Assembly: GCA_012026655.1 (NCBI GenBank)
Contig: JAAILG010000264.1
Location: 1-64,000 of the forward strand
Length of the DNA: 64,000 nucleotides
Direction: 5' to 3'
Source of the DNA: Hydrolagus affinis
Taxonomy: Eukaryota
This document shows, in pieces, positions 1 to 11,969 of this stretch. The translations under genes and the position numbers were made by a program. Every line of letters begins with the position of its first letter. Position 1 is the first letter of the stretch. The notes beneath the pieces were generated by a model. That model did not search any database. It was not told where the DNA came from and saw nothing but the letters and a program-made list of their open reading frames with translations.

Positions 1-153
1 CACTCTTGTAAGGCGAGTGCTCTAACCACTGAGCTACATGCTGAAAGAACACAAGAGTAATTATAAAGGGATAACCACTCAATAATATAAAAGGATAAAG
101 CTAAAATTGGGTGGACTAATTGGATGGATTGTAATAATCATTTCTCACACTAG

Positions 154-328
154 GTTATTGGCAACTGTACAGCTATTGTAATCTTCAACAAAAAGAACGC
201 AAGACCGTACACAAATGTAAACTGCAACATACGTAAAAAATACCAGAAAGAGACTGCGAGGAAAGATCTTCAGTTTTACCTCAAGATGATAAAGAAAACG
301 ACACCAGCATTTGTGAAACATATTCCTG
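154..328 (+). CDS. RARRES1: RARRES1/latexin-family exon (fourth from last)
   Basis: cactag|GTT...CCTG|gtatga; VIGNCTAIVIFNKKNARPYTNVNCNIRKKYQKETARKDLQFYLKMIKKTTPAFVKHIP; 175 nt, ends phase 1. Confidence 0.85.
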
Positions 329-504
329 GTATGAAGTTTCAACTTTAATGTGTCATTTAACAGTAAACAACGTTAACCTTTCAGCATGCTTTAAAGTTAC
401 AATAATAAGGGAGCATTTTTGCGCAATTAAATTATTTCAAACGCCTAAGATAATTTTAAAGCTTGTTTTATTTTAAACCTGCCTTTTCTTCTTCCCCATC
501 TCAG

Positions 505-641
505 ATAACTTTGGAATGATAGATCCCAAAATTATGCCATTCTGGCACTTGGCAAGGATTGCTGCCAGTTACATCATGTGGGAAAAGTCCACTGAAAACT
601 TAGCCTTCAACATGGGCCGTTTACAGAAAATGAACCAACTG
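505..641 (+). CDS. RARRES1: RARRES1/latexin-family exon (third from last)
   Basis: tctcag|AT...CTG|gtgagc; DNFGMIDPKIMPFWHLARIAASYIMWEKSTENLAFNMGRLQKMNQL; 137 nt. Confidence 0.9.
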
Positions 642-990
642 GTGAGCAACATTTAACACTAATAATAATAATAGCAACAGCCTTTTGTTCCTTTTGCTTT
701 CCAATTCTTTCATATCATTAATATAACAACATTTCACGTCAGGAGGACGTCTAAGACACTGTGTCAAACCCGAGCTGGGATGGGGATGGAACAGGGGGGG
801 ATTAGGAAATGCCGATGGGATAATCGAAGAAGAGAATTTTGAGACCAGACTTGAAGGAGGCCAGGGAGGAGGTGAGGCGGAGGGACTGCGGGATGGAGTT
901 CCAGAAGTTGGGGGCAGAGTGGCTAAAGGCTAATATATAAAGGTTATATATTAATATAACTAATTGAACAATGACTTTTGATCTGTTCAG

Positions 991-1053
991 AACAGGCATG
1001 AAAAATACCTTAATTTCGCTTTTGTTGTTCTTCTGCACGAGATACCGACACAG
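991..1053 (+). CDS. RARRES1: RARRES1/latexin-family penultimate exon
   Basis: gttcag|AAC...CAG|gtaaat; NRHEKYLNFAFVVLLHEIPTQ; 63 nt. Confidence 0.88.
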
Positions 1054-1155
1054 GTAAATTAATCCAATTCTAGCGGCCACAGAATTGCCTTTGAAGATAA
1101 TCAATTTACTTTTCCATCATCAATTACCTGCCAGTAATACATTCTTTCTGAATAG

Positions 1156-1317
1156 GAAATAATCACTTGCTATGTTGGCGTGAACTGGTATCCAAACCTA
1201 CCACTCAATCCGAAATACCATTGTGTGCCTTTGTCTCAACAAGCAAATATCGTCGAAGGGTCTGGAGTTGCAATGATCGAAGGGTCAACTATGGAAGAAG
1301 GATCTGCTATGAACTGA
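1156..1317 (+). CDS. RARRES1: RARRES1/latexin-family last coding exon
   Basis: gaatag|GAA...TGA; EIITCYVGVNWYPNLPLNPKYHCVPLSQQANIVEGSGVAMIEGSTMEEGSAMN*; AATAAA at 1490 and 1586. Confidence 0.88.
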   Translation, partial: EIITCYVGVNWYPNLPLNPKYHCVPLSQQANIVEGSGVAMIEGSTMEEGSAMN

Positions 1318-1950
1318 GCATTAGCCACACATGAAACGTCAGTGATGCAAAATGCATATTACAATTGTAGCAAAAAATAACTCAAATTTCTCAAAAGGAC
1401 TTTACTAAAATGATACAATTGAATGCAAACTCCCAGCTAACACAGCTACTTCAAATGTGGTCTATAAAAGTTGCAGAGTACCATTATAAAATAAATAGCT
1501 AACTACAGCAATGTCAGCGATTACTAAAACCACTAACATTCTCAACACACGTGCTGTATTATTGAACGTTTTATTGCTAACCATCAATAAAGAAATGCAT
1601 TAAAATTACATTTATTGTATTGCAAGTACAATTCTATAAACATTCTCTGAAAAACAGAAGTTTTGAGTTGCCACACTCGAGTATATTTTTCTCTAATCGC
1701 TGCATGTGGAGGATCAATTATAGACAACGAATGCTTCACGCATTCAAGACTGCATCTCTTACTAAAAAGCAGATGAATCTATAAACATTTTATGCAAATA
1801 ATGTCATCAAAATTCCTTTAAAATTTGGCCCATGAGTTGGCCAGAGAATGAGCCTTTGCCTTGCGTGGCTGGCAATACAGTACAGGATCAAATGAAAGGA
1901 AAGCACGAATGGTATATATATATATATATATATATAGATACACACACACA

Positions 1951-2952
1951 CAGTAAAAGCTTGTTTATCCGTGACCTAATCAATCATAACTTCCGTATAA
2001 CCGGCACTTCAAAAAAAAAGGTCCCCATTCGAATAACCAGATCTTATCCAGCACAATTGCGGAGGCACATTGAATGAGTCGATTGTCGCACGAGAGTACA
2101 GTACGATTAGTTCTGAATGCTACCGGTAGTGGCACTTCTGGTTTTTCTTCTTAGAGCCACACANNNNNNNNNNNNNNNNNNNNNNNNNNNNNNNNNNNNN
2201 NNNNNNNNNNNNNNNNNNNNNNNNNNNNNNNNNNNNNNNNNNNNNNNNNNNNNNNNNNNNNNNNNNNNNNNNNNNNNNNNNNNNNNNNNNNNNNNNNNNN
2301 NNNNNNNNNNNNNNNNNNNNNNNNNNNNNNNNNNNNNNNNNNNNNNTGTTGCCTGACTCTATCGTGGGTTTATACATTTGTTTTGGTGGGGTGGGAGTAG
2401 GAGAGAGAGGTAGGGAGAGAGAGGGTGGTGGGGGAGGAAGAAAGGGAAAGAGGGGGGGGGGGAGAGAAAGAGAGAGGAAGAGAGGAGTGGGAGGGCGAGA
2501 GAGAGATGGGGGAGAGGAGGGGAGAGGGGGTGAGTTGATTCATTTAGATGGAAAATGAGAGGAGTGGAGAGGGGTTGGGTTTGGAGCCATTGAGATGCCA
2601 GACTGACGGAGTGTGTGTGAGAAAGAGAGAGAGAGGGAAGGAGGGAGAGAAAGGAAGAAAAAAGAGAGGAAAAAATGACAGTATCGCTCTAAGCCAATAC
2701 AGTCCGCCATTGTAGAATTTTGCTTTGTGATTTGTGCTGTGTTTATAGACTCTAATCGATATTTATTGCTGTATTGATAAGTATCCATACAGTATTCTGT
2801 TATTATTTAGTCTATTATTAATATGGTATGTTTAAAAAAAAAGCCATTTTTTTTGTGTTGGGTTTTCGGCAGCTTGCTGCCCAAATATCCGGCATTCCAT
2901 TTAACCGGCATTGGCCAGGTCCCGAGGGTGCTGGATAAACGGGCTTTTATTG
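1951..2952. mobile_element. Non-autonomous Tc1/mariner-pogo (Tigger-like) MITE, family A copy 1; contains an assembly gap
   Basis: TIRs CAGTAAAAGCTTGTTTATCC ... GGATAAACGGGCTTTTATTG followed by TA; inserted in a (TA)n(CA)n microsatellite. Confidence 0.8.
2164..2346. other. Assembly gap (183 N)
   Basis: Run of N inside MITE copy 1. Confidence 0.99.
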
Positions 2953-3062
2953 TATACACACATATATATATATATATATATACACACACACTATTATCTA
3001 TACTGAATTACAAATAATATTGTTTTGGCAATTGACTATCTTAACTGAACAATTCTTTAGAA

Positions 3063-3143
3063 TTAAAACGCAAAATGCTGCAGATGCTGGAAGTCTGAAA
3101 CAAAAACAGAAATCAATGTTTCCAGCGATTTCTGTTTTTCTTT
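3063..3143. mobile_element. Short remnant of the same element with 13-bp target-site duplication
   Basis: AAAATGCTGCAGATGCTGGAAGTCTGAAACAAAAACAGAAA; CAATTCTTTAGAA at 3050 and 3144. Confidence 0.6.
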
Positions 3144-3567
3144 CAATTCTTTAGAAGTGTCCTGTTCAAGGGCTATACAAAGGATCATTTGTGCAAAGTC
3201 ACCCAGAATGTGATTAGACAAGTAGATGCTTTTGGTAATGTTTTTAGATGTTGAAGATGTATTTCATTCAACATCAGCTAAAATGTTTCAGCCCCATGGC
3301 ACCCCAATCTAAACTGCAAACCAGAGGATTTGGAAACACAGACAAATCACTAGATAGTTCCTTAAAATATGTGGGTGGTAGAATAGCCAAGCTATTTGGA
3401 GGCCTGGATGAAACGATCAGGCCAAGAAATAGATTTCTAAAAAGAAAATCCTTCATCTAAATCAAAGCGTATTTCCATTCTTCTGACAACACCCCTTTTC
3501 AGTACTGAAACACTTTTTTAAAAAAACAATTTAATTTGTGAATTTATAGGAATAGAACTATACTTAC

Positions 3568-3650
3568 GGGACAGGGGCGGATATGGTTTCTCTGAAGGCA
3601 ACTTTTGGTTTTCCCATTACACACGGGCAATTGTATTCTCTCTCGAGTCT
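3568..3650 (-). CDS. GFM1: GFM1 exon 13
   Basis: [27 protein letters not shown](P)|gtaagt; 83 nt. Confidence 0.96.
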
Positions 3651-4364
3651 CTGAATGTTAAATAAATTACATCATTTTTAAACACAAATTAAGGAAAGTT
3701 TACAACAGATACTTTCATAACACTGAACAAATGAAGATGTACTCAACCAAAGCCAATTGATCTGGATAAAGCATATCCTTGGAAAAGAATGCTTAATAAC
3801 ACTGAGCTGGATTCAATGTTGGTGTCCTGTACCAGAACTTAGTGACTTTTGTTGTCCCTAAGTATCCGTAGATAACCACAGCAAAATTGATCTACTTTTT
3901 GTTTGCAAACCAAACAAATGTTCAATTACCATTCAAAACGAAAAAAAAAGTGGGTCGCTACAAAGAGAACGTATATATAGTGAACATTGCTATCAAATGT
4001 TGCACTCAGTCATGGTGATTGGCAGATGTTGGATGCTTTAACTGAAAAAAGACATTTCCTTCTCCAACTTGGAAATGAAAATAAATTAGTACTGCAAGTT
4101 TGATAGCATTTCTGTGCATGAAACTTATCAGTGATAAAAATGCGGTTCCCTTATACCGATCATTTAAAATGAAATAAACAGATGCTTTCACATCACTGGT
4201 CTGAAATCATACTATACAATAAGCCTATATATACCATATATATCTCAAATCAAAAGGTATTTAAAACTCCTGAAACACTGAAATAGTTAATACATAAAGT
4301 TCAGTAATCAAATTGCAACAAATTCAGACTAAAGAGTAAAAGAATAAAAGACTGAATATGGTAC

Positions 4365-4502
4365 CTGGGCATAAATTTCCAAGTGCAATTCTCCCATTCC
4401 AGATACAATCGTCTCTCTGCTCTCTGGGTCATAAAATATTCTAAACGTGGGATCCTCTCTTGTAAATCTACCAATTCCTTTGGAAAATTTATCCAAATCA
4501 TT
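4365..4502 (-). CDS. GFM1: GFM1 exon 12
   Basis: [46 protein letters not shown]. Confidence 0.97.
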
Positions 4503-5196
4503 CTGAAACAGAATAGAACATACATTTACGTTTTGTTTATTTCTGATCCACATTTTCTGTCATTTGGAGATATTAAACCAGGGTGGTCCAACAACAACTT
4601 GTATTTATATTCACATTACAGTATATTCTGTGAAGCGCTTTGAGACGTCTGGAAGATGTGAAAAGCGCAATATCAAATGGAAGGATTATTATTATTATAT
4701 AGCACCTGATGACATCTCGGACTCGCACGCTGCTTTTACTGATGTTTGCTGACGGCCCCTTAAATAATGTTGTTGTAGTTTCTCTTCCGGAAACATGACC
4801 CATAAGAATCACATAGAAATCCTATGTTTTAAATTGTGTCCAATTGTGCTGTTACCCATCTATCTTCAAACACTTGTTACCTATCTATCTCAATCACTTT
4901 TTGATTTGGTACTGACTTTGGCTTCGTAATCAAAAGGTCATCGTGAAACAATAACACTTTCTATTGTTTTAAAAATTAAATCATTAATGCTCCTAACCCG
5001 TAATGTTGCTTGCAACATGGTAAACCATAATACAATAATACTTGATACAATGTCTTATCATGTCATTCAGACATCTCAAAACTCTTCGCAGGACGTACTG
5101 TGGCGTAGCAAAGGGTAGCACTTTGTGGGCAAAAACAATAACATAGAATGTCGAGGAAAGAAGACTCTTTTTAGAAAGGATCTGTCCATGACTTAC

Positions 5197-5253
5197 CTTG
5201 TCGGTAGGTTTTATGGATACTGATATCACAGGCTCAGGCACATGAATAGATTC
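5197..5253 (-). CDS. GFM1: GFM1 exon 11
   Basis: ESIHVPEPVISVSIKPTDK|gtaagt. Confidence 0.95.
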
Positions 5254-5929
5254 CTGGACGGTGGAAAAAAAGGAAAGACAAATAGCTTAAATATCAACCC
5301 AAGCCATTCCAGAAGTTATTCGAAGACTGGCAAATATTGTAAGTTTTCTTTATTGTGCCTCAGAAACATAGAAATGAGGTTCTCACCAATTTACTGCCGA
5401 TCTATCAAAGTAACTAACATTTAAAAATACAGTGGCTTAAAAGAATCAAATCAATGTAAAGTACAATTTGGTATGCTATCCATGTGGTGTTCTCCTGTCA
5501 ATCAGTGACCTTGTTCGTTTTCATGGAGTAAGTTTAACACTCTTTTGCAGTGTAAGTTTAACAGCAGTTGAAACAGCTGTGAGTCAATAAAGATAGCAAT
5601 TCTCTAAGAGTTACCAATTATTATCGCTTTTCAAATGCAAGCAATTTTCCATCTGGCTGTTGCTGCTGATAAGAGGTGTAACAATTAAATTTAATTTTAA
5701 TTAAATACTGATTTGCACAAATCAATTTGACTTTGATTTAAAAAGTTGTACCATAACAAAAACAAGTCATGTATTTTCATTTTCTCCTATCTGGCTTACG
5801 ATTGAAAATTAACTGGTAAACGTGGATGATAATTACTGTTTACCGCTGCAACAATGTGTTGGTTTGCAATATCAGGACATGGTTAGTGCCTATGATTCTT
5901 CCCAAGATCAAATTCAGGAGGCTAACACA

Positions 5930-6223
5930 GGAGTCCTGTAGCTCATTGGTTAGAGCACTCGCCTTCCAAGCGAGAGACCTGGGTTCAATTCCAGGCCATG
6001 GTGAAACCTTGGGCAAGTTTCCTTACTTCACACGCCTAATAATAATTCCTCAAACAAAACAATACTAAATTGGTCATTTCAATCCACGACTGTTTATGGG
6101 ACACTGCTATGTGCAATTGGCTACCATGTTTCACCCACAAATATACACTCAATTCACTTTACAGTATATTCTGTGAAGCGCTTTGAGACATCTAGAAGAC
6201 GTGAAATGCCAGGATTATTATTA
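5930..6223 (+). mobile_element. tRNA-derived Deu-domain SINE, near full length
   Basis: A box TAGCTCATTGG, B box GGTTCAATTCC, Deu-like GTGCAATTGGCT core, L2-like tail and (ATT)n. Confidence 0.85.
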
Positions 6224-7277
6224 GAGGTACCACATGGAGACAAAGATGGAAATTAGTTTCCTCTTATACACGTTCCTAACAATAATAATCCTTGCATTTG
6301 ATATGTCATGTCTTTGAGAGCGCAGACGTGATAAAGTGTAACAGCTTTAATATACAAATTGACCAAAAATAAACAACATTCCGAAGGAAAAACTGAGTCA
6401 AAAAAGTCACAAAGGTGCAAGGTTTGATCTCTGTTCTGTGCTCAACACATGCTGATATTTTAGCAGCAGCGTCACCTGGACTCTTAGCTAATCCTCATGG
6501 AAGCTGTTGCTTCATGCATTTATTTTTCTCCGCTCCACTTGCTGTCGCAAATTTCCGAACATAAAGTTCCTGCTGTTAGTAAAATTCACCTCATCGTTTA
6601 CAACTGCTTCGGGGCATTTTCATTCTGAACAAACGTTAAAGAACTGGAGTCAACTATGAAGAACGAGAGATTACTTCCCTCCATGACATTTTATGGCTCT
6701 AACTGGTAATTTGCAGATGGAATTCCTGTAATCCTCACAATTCCAATGTAGCTCTAATAATCTGCTGAATAGCATTTAATTTTCAGATACTTTCCCCCCC
6801 CCCCCACCCCCTCAAATGGCCCACCCACCTCTTGAGACAGGCTAAGGATTGCAGGTTTTTCTGTCAATTTTGTGCGGGAACAAGGACATGGACTCCGGCA
6901 GACGGAAGGGAAAGATGAAAGCAGTTTGGATTTTATTATTTTACACAGAGATGAATACGTGGAATAGACTAACCATGGAGGCAGTGGAGTCAGGCTTTTT
7001 AATGTTATTTTCCAGCCAGATAGACTGCAATGTTATTTTATGGTCTGTTGCTGTTCCCATTTCTTATGAATCATTTTATGTTTTACATGCCTGTGAAATT
7101 CTTGCTGTATAAATGTATGCAAGTCTCTACTTTATCCTCCCTCAAAACCAGTTGTGCCTGGCTTATTATTCTTGCTTGATTAGGAATGAAGTCAAAACAG
7201 CCAATATCTTTTTTTTTAAAAGTATTTTTGTTATTTTTATTATCATGAATGTTCTTATGCAATGTGTTTTTCCTTAC

Positions 7278-7379
7278 CATTGATAGGTGGGTGAGGGCTT
7301 TAGCAGTAAATGTGTCACCACTTGCACAATCAATCCCAAACAAAGCACAGATATCACCAGCATAGACTTCCTCAACATC
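7278..7379 (-). CDS. GFM1: GFM1 exon 10
   Basis: [34 protein letters not shown]. Confidence 0.96.
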
Positions 7380-8202
7380 CTGTAATGAAAAAATGCAAGA
7401 AATACAAGCTGTTATATCAACAAAGTTAATAGACTTAACCATTTTCAAACCTATCTCCTCCTTCAAAAAATACTCTCAGTGAACCCACTAGAAGTGGATT
7501 GAAAAGCCAATTGATTCTAATTAACTAGTTAATCTCCATTTCCCCAAATAATTTACCAGTGCAGCAAATCAAACTAAACGACATTCAAAATAAAATGCTG
7601 TTTATAGAAATAATAAGCATAATTCTTGTATTTGATACAGTGCCTTATTACATCATTGAGACGTCTCAAAGCGCTTCACACAATATACTGTAAAGTGAAT
7701 TGACTGTGTATATTTTGCGGATACAACATGGCGGCCAATTGTGCACAGACGTACTCCACAAACAATCGTGGATTCATAAAATACAGCAAATACAAAACTC
7801 TCAATAAATCAAATGATTAACTGGTGATAAACTCACATACATGTCAAGTACGACACAAAAAAACCCTCTAATGACAATGTTGGACTGACCAAGAGTTTTT
7901 AAAACACACTGATGGTCTTCCAGTACAAGTTAAAATCAGAATTGTTTATTCAATGTTGGGACTGATAAGTGGTCACTTTGACAGCTGGTCTCTCCACATT
8001 TGGCAGCTGAGACAGATTTAATTGTGGTGAACAGTGAGTTTTCAATGTAATGTGGCATTTGGGAGCCACACAGAAACAACATCGTACAGAGGGTAAAACA
8101 TAAGGTCAAACAGCTATGGAGTTCCCATTTTTTATCTGTGTGTGTGTGTGTGCATGTGATCAAATAGCAATGCAGTGTCATCAAAAATACGGAAGCTAAA
8201 TA

Positions 8203-8800
8203 CAGTAAAAGCCTGTTTATCCGGCACCATCGGGACCTGGCCAATGTCGGTTAAACCGCATGCTGCACATTCGGGTGGCCAGCTACCGAGAACCCAACAC
8301 AAAAAAAATTAACTTTGGAAAAATTACTTTTTTTTAAACATACCATATTAATAAAACTAAATAACAGTATTATTGTACGGATACTTACCAATAAAGCAAC
8401 AAATATTGATTACAGTCCACAAGCACAACACACAATCAAAGGGGTACTCTCGTTTTTTTCCTTTCTTTCTCTCTCTCTCTTTCACACATACACACTCAGT
8501 CAGTCTGGCATCTCAATGGTTCCAAACCCAACCCCCCACTCCACTCCTCTCATTTTCCATCTAAATTAATCGACTCACCCCCTCTCTCTCTTCCCCCTCC
8601 TCTCCCCACCTCTCTCTCCCACTCCTCTCTCTTTCTCCCCCACCCCCCTTCCCTCTCTTTCTTTCTCTCTCTTTCTCCCCCACCCCCCCACTCTTTCCCT
8701 CTCTCTGTTGTGATTGTGAATCGAATGGAGACCTTTTTTTGAGGTGCTGGTTATACGGAAGTTACAGTTGATCAGGTCACAGATAAACGGGCTTTTACTA
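8203..8800. mobile_element. MITE family A copy 2 (inverted relative to copy 1)
   Basis: TA|CAGTAAAAGCCTGTTTATCC ... GATAAACGGGCTTTTACTA|TA; interior complementary to about 2520-2950. Confidence 0.82.
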
Positions 8801-9397
8801 TAGTATCTACATGTACAGTGTTACATATGTTGCATTCCACACTTACATGTAGATCATATATGAGGCTTTCCTTTGTTACAATTTTAATTTTATATTATAG
8901 CTGAATCAAATATAATTCTAAATTTGAGAAAGTCAACTAAATATTTAGCTTATAAAAATTCCAGAATTGTAGATGAGTTATTGTAAATAATAGCTATACC
9001 TATAGTAACATAACAGCCCGCAAAACTCAAAATCACCGCACTTCACAGTAAAACTCTGTGAAGTGTCGAGTACATGCTAAAGTGCTACAATTAAATGCAA
9101 GGATTATTATTATTATTATTTATTATTATGTTAGGCTACACCCGGGTCATTAACTTTGTATTCATTCTTTTGAATATTTTATAAAATCAAAGAAAATGGA
9201 CCACGCTGGAAATGAAAACAGAGATGGTGGGAGTCCACAGTGGGCTAATTAGCATCCAAAAGGGAAAATGGAATACTTACTCAAAGGGAGGAAATAAACA
9301 GTAATAAAATAGACAAGCATAGTGGGGGGGGGGGGTAAAATTTCAGTCATGTCAGGAATAAAGTTATAGAGAGGATTCAAAGAAAATTAAAGCCAAT

Positions 9398-9770
9398 ACA
9401 ACAACAAAATTACATGTATAGAGCGCCTTTCGCGTCTGGAGAACGTCCCAAGGCAATGAACCCGAACAAGGGAGAAAGGCAGGGTAGGGAGGTGGGGCAG
9501 GAGAGAGTTAGAAGGGGAGGGAGAGAGTTGGGAGGGCTGCAGAAGGCATGGTCGAAGAGGAGTGTCTTGAGACCACCCTTGAAGGAGGTGAGAGACGGAG
9601 TGACGTGAAGGACTGTGGATGAAGTTCCAGAGTGTGAGGGCAGAGAGGCTAAAAGCCCATCCGCCGATGGTAGGGCGGATTGGGTGGGGGACATGGAGCA
9701 GGTCAGAGCCCGCTGAACGGAGGAGACGGGGAGGTTCACAGGGGGGCAGCACGTCGGAGAGGTAGGGGAA
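9398..9770 (-). mobile_element. L2 LINE 3' fragment
   Basis: LRSAGS.LL.VP...TIGG.AFS..A..LWN and SFKGGLKTLLF remnants, L2 tail. Confidence 0.8.
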
Positions 9771-10321
9771 ATCCAGAAAGCTGAAAAGATAAAATAGTGC
9801 TTCCAGAAGTTGCTTTGGGTTTCATTTGAATACCATACGAGGCCAAGGAGAACATCTCTTGGACAGACCCAGGGAGTGGGATTGACTTTGAATAGCTCTT
9901 TTCAAAGCTAAGAGCTATTTTTAGACACGATGGGCCTCCTTTTGTGCTGCAAAATTCTATGCTCAACAATAACTTGCTTTTGTATTGCGTCCTCCATGCC
10001 AGGCAGAGTCTCAGAGTGCTTCAGAATGGCGGATCCCAAGGCCGAGCCAGGGGGAGCAAGAACAGAATGTTTTGGGTTACCTTCACAGATTAAACCAAGC
10101 TGTTTGGCAAAGCAACACCCCGATCCTTTTGTTTTTTTCTTTTGCCTTTTTCTTTTATGTTGGGTTTTGCATTTTGTCCAGAAATAATTACACAATAAAA
10201 CAAAATGTGAATTTGGAATTGGATGGGTCAATTCCAAGACAAAAAGATCCATCTATCAAAATGTGTGCAGTGGGCGGTGGTGGTGGAAAAGATATGAAGT
10301 GCGAACAGCAAAAAGCCATAC

Positions 10322-10459
10322 CTCCATTTGATCGGAATTCATTCGGACCAAACGCTGGACTCTGATCTTCTTTGCAGTTCGTGTGTTGTAGATATATTCA
10401 CTCTTTTTAAGCATACCCTGATATACTCGAATGTACGTTAACTGCCCGAATCGGCCAGC
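10322..10459 (-). CDS. GFM1: GFM1 exon 9
   Basis: [46 protein letters not shown]. Confidence 0.95.
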
Positions 10460-11080
10460 CTGACAAACGCAAAGGAAGAACGATTAGCAAATGGCAATCT
10501 GTTTCACCTCTATCTCCACTGATTTCAAAGTACGGCTGCTAAAATATTTATTCACAATACGTCATAGAAGATCATCGAGGGTAGTTGTGGGCATTTTACT
10601 CTAAATGTGGTATTTATAGTAAGTGCAAATTAACAAATAACTTCAGAGTTGAGCTGCAAAGAAATGCTGCACTTGTTTTAAAAATCTAAGACAGATTACA
10701 TGGGAATCCTCAGGACATTCAGATGAGGATTCCGATGTCCAACCCACTCAACGATGGCATCCTGCCTTAAAATGCTAAATAAAAAACCCTGCATTTCTAT
10801 ATGTTAGATCACTCACATGATAACACATGGACGGTGTTGCCAACCCACTGTTGGCTGAGCACCCAGCCACTCATCTTAAAAGAATGGCTTATTCTACATT
10901 AACACAACATCACTGTCAGACAAGGCCAGGTCTTTGAGAGATGCACAGCATGTTTTTGGAAAGGATGGAGGTTGTCAGTTCAACATTTATAATTCCAACA
11001 AGCTATCCTAATGGTGCTTCTTGGATTTCCACGTGTAAAATCTATGCGCAAATCGATTGTATGTTCAGTTATAGAAGTAC

Positions 11081-11165
11081 CTCTAATTTAAAAGCCAGGC
11101 CAACAAAGGGTTGAGAGCCATCTCTTGTGGAGTCCATAATAATTCGGTTTATATCTTCAGAATTC
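11081..11165 (-). CDS. GFM1: GFM1 exon 8
   Basis: NSEDINRIIMDSTRDGSQPFVGLAFKLE. Confidence 0.93.
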
Positions 11166-11814
11166 CTAAGATAAATAACATGTCACACATTTTGGTGGGT
11201 TCTAGATCCAAAATACAGTCAATTCATCTTACAGTATATTTTGTGAAGCGCTTTGAGATGCTTCAAAAACACACTAAGGCGTAATATCAAATTCAAGGTT
11301 TATTATTATTATTAACACGATTCATGTAAAAATATAAACCCAAACATTCCTTTTTAAACTTTAAACAAAATACAGTTTGCAGTGTGCTGAGTTATTGTTA
11401 GAAAAGTCTCTTTAGACTAAATATTAGATTGGTAACCGTAAAAAGATCAACAAGCTCCTCGTTTTATTAAATTAAATAAATTACAGATGATCGGACACTT
11501 GTAGAAAAGACAGGCACAAAAAACAATATCACAAATAATTTTCTAACTTTGCAAACTTGGCTGATGATGAATGAATGCCTTTTGACTTATTTGATCACAT
11601 TCTTACAATATCAAATCATATTATCTTCTCATGGTCTAGTAGACTTGTTTTGAATGAGTATCTCAGCCAATATTTAACTGTGAAAGTTTTGTGATTTAAA
11701 AAAAGGATTCCTTTATGATACCACCGAGAATAAAAACAGAAAGAATGTGTACAAAAAGACAATGATCAGCTCGTTACTAATCCAGAGTAATAATGATGGA
11801 AACAAAACACTTAC

Positions 11815-11969
11815 TCGTGATTATGTAGAGCATAATTTGAGACTTCACTTGGGTTTGGTAAATAGTCCAAAATGGCATCTAGCAATGGCTGTACTCCCTT
11901 GTTTTTCAATGCACTTCCTACTAACACAGGTGAGAATAACCTGCTGATAGTTGTCCTCCTTATAGCAGC
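11815..11969 (-). CDS. GFM1: GFM1 exon 7
   Basis: [51 protein letters not shown]; G5 motif GSALKNKG. Confidence 0.95.

Larger units (their letters stand above)
154..1317 (+). other. RARRES1: Gene span (5' part outside window): latexin/RARRES1-family gene nested antisense in GFM1 intron 13; last four exons
   Basis: Four GT-AG exons (154-328, 505-641, 991-1053, 1156-1317) splice into one open frame of 178 aa + TGA. Recalled alignment is closer to RARRES1 than to LXN; orthology is uncertain because the position matches LXN. Confidence 0.75.

Noticed and set aside
2164-2346. N gap that might hide GFM1 exon 14
   Set aside because: Both gap flanks belong to one MITE, so a hidden exon is unlikely, though this cannot be formally excluded.
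10702-10732. 10-bp hairpin (a similar one at 9891-9920)
   Set aside because: Short stems of this kind can occur by chance in 64 kb; no H/ACA, miRNA or other supporting features.
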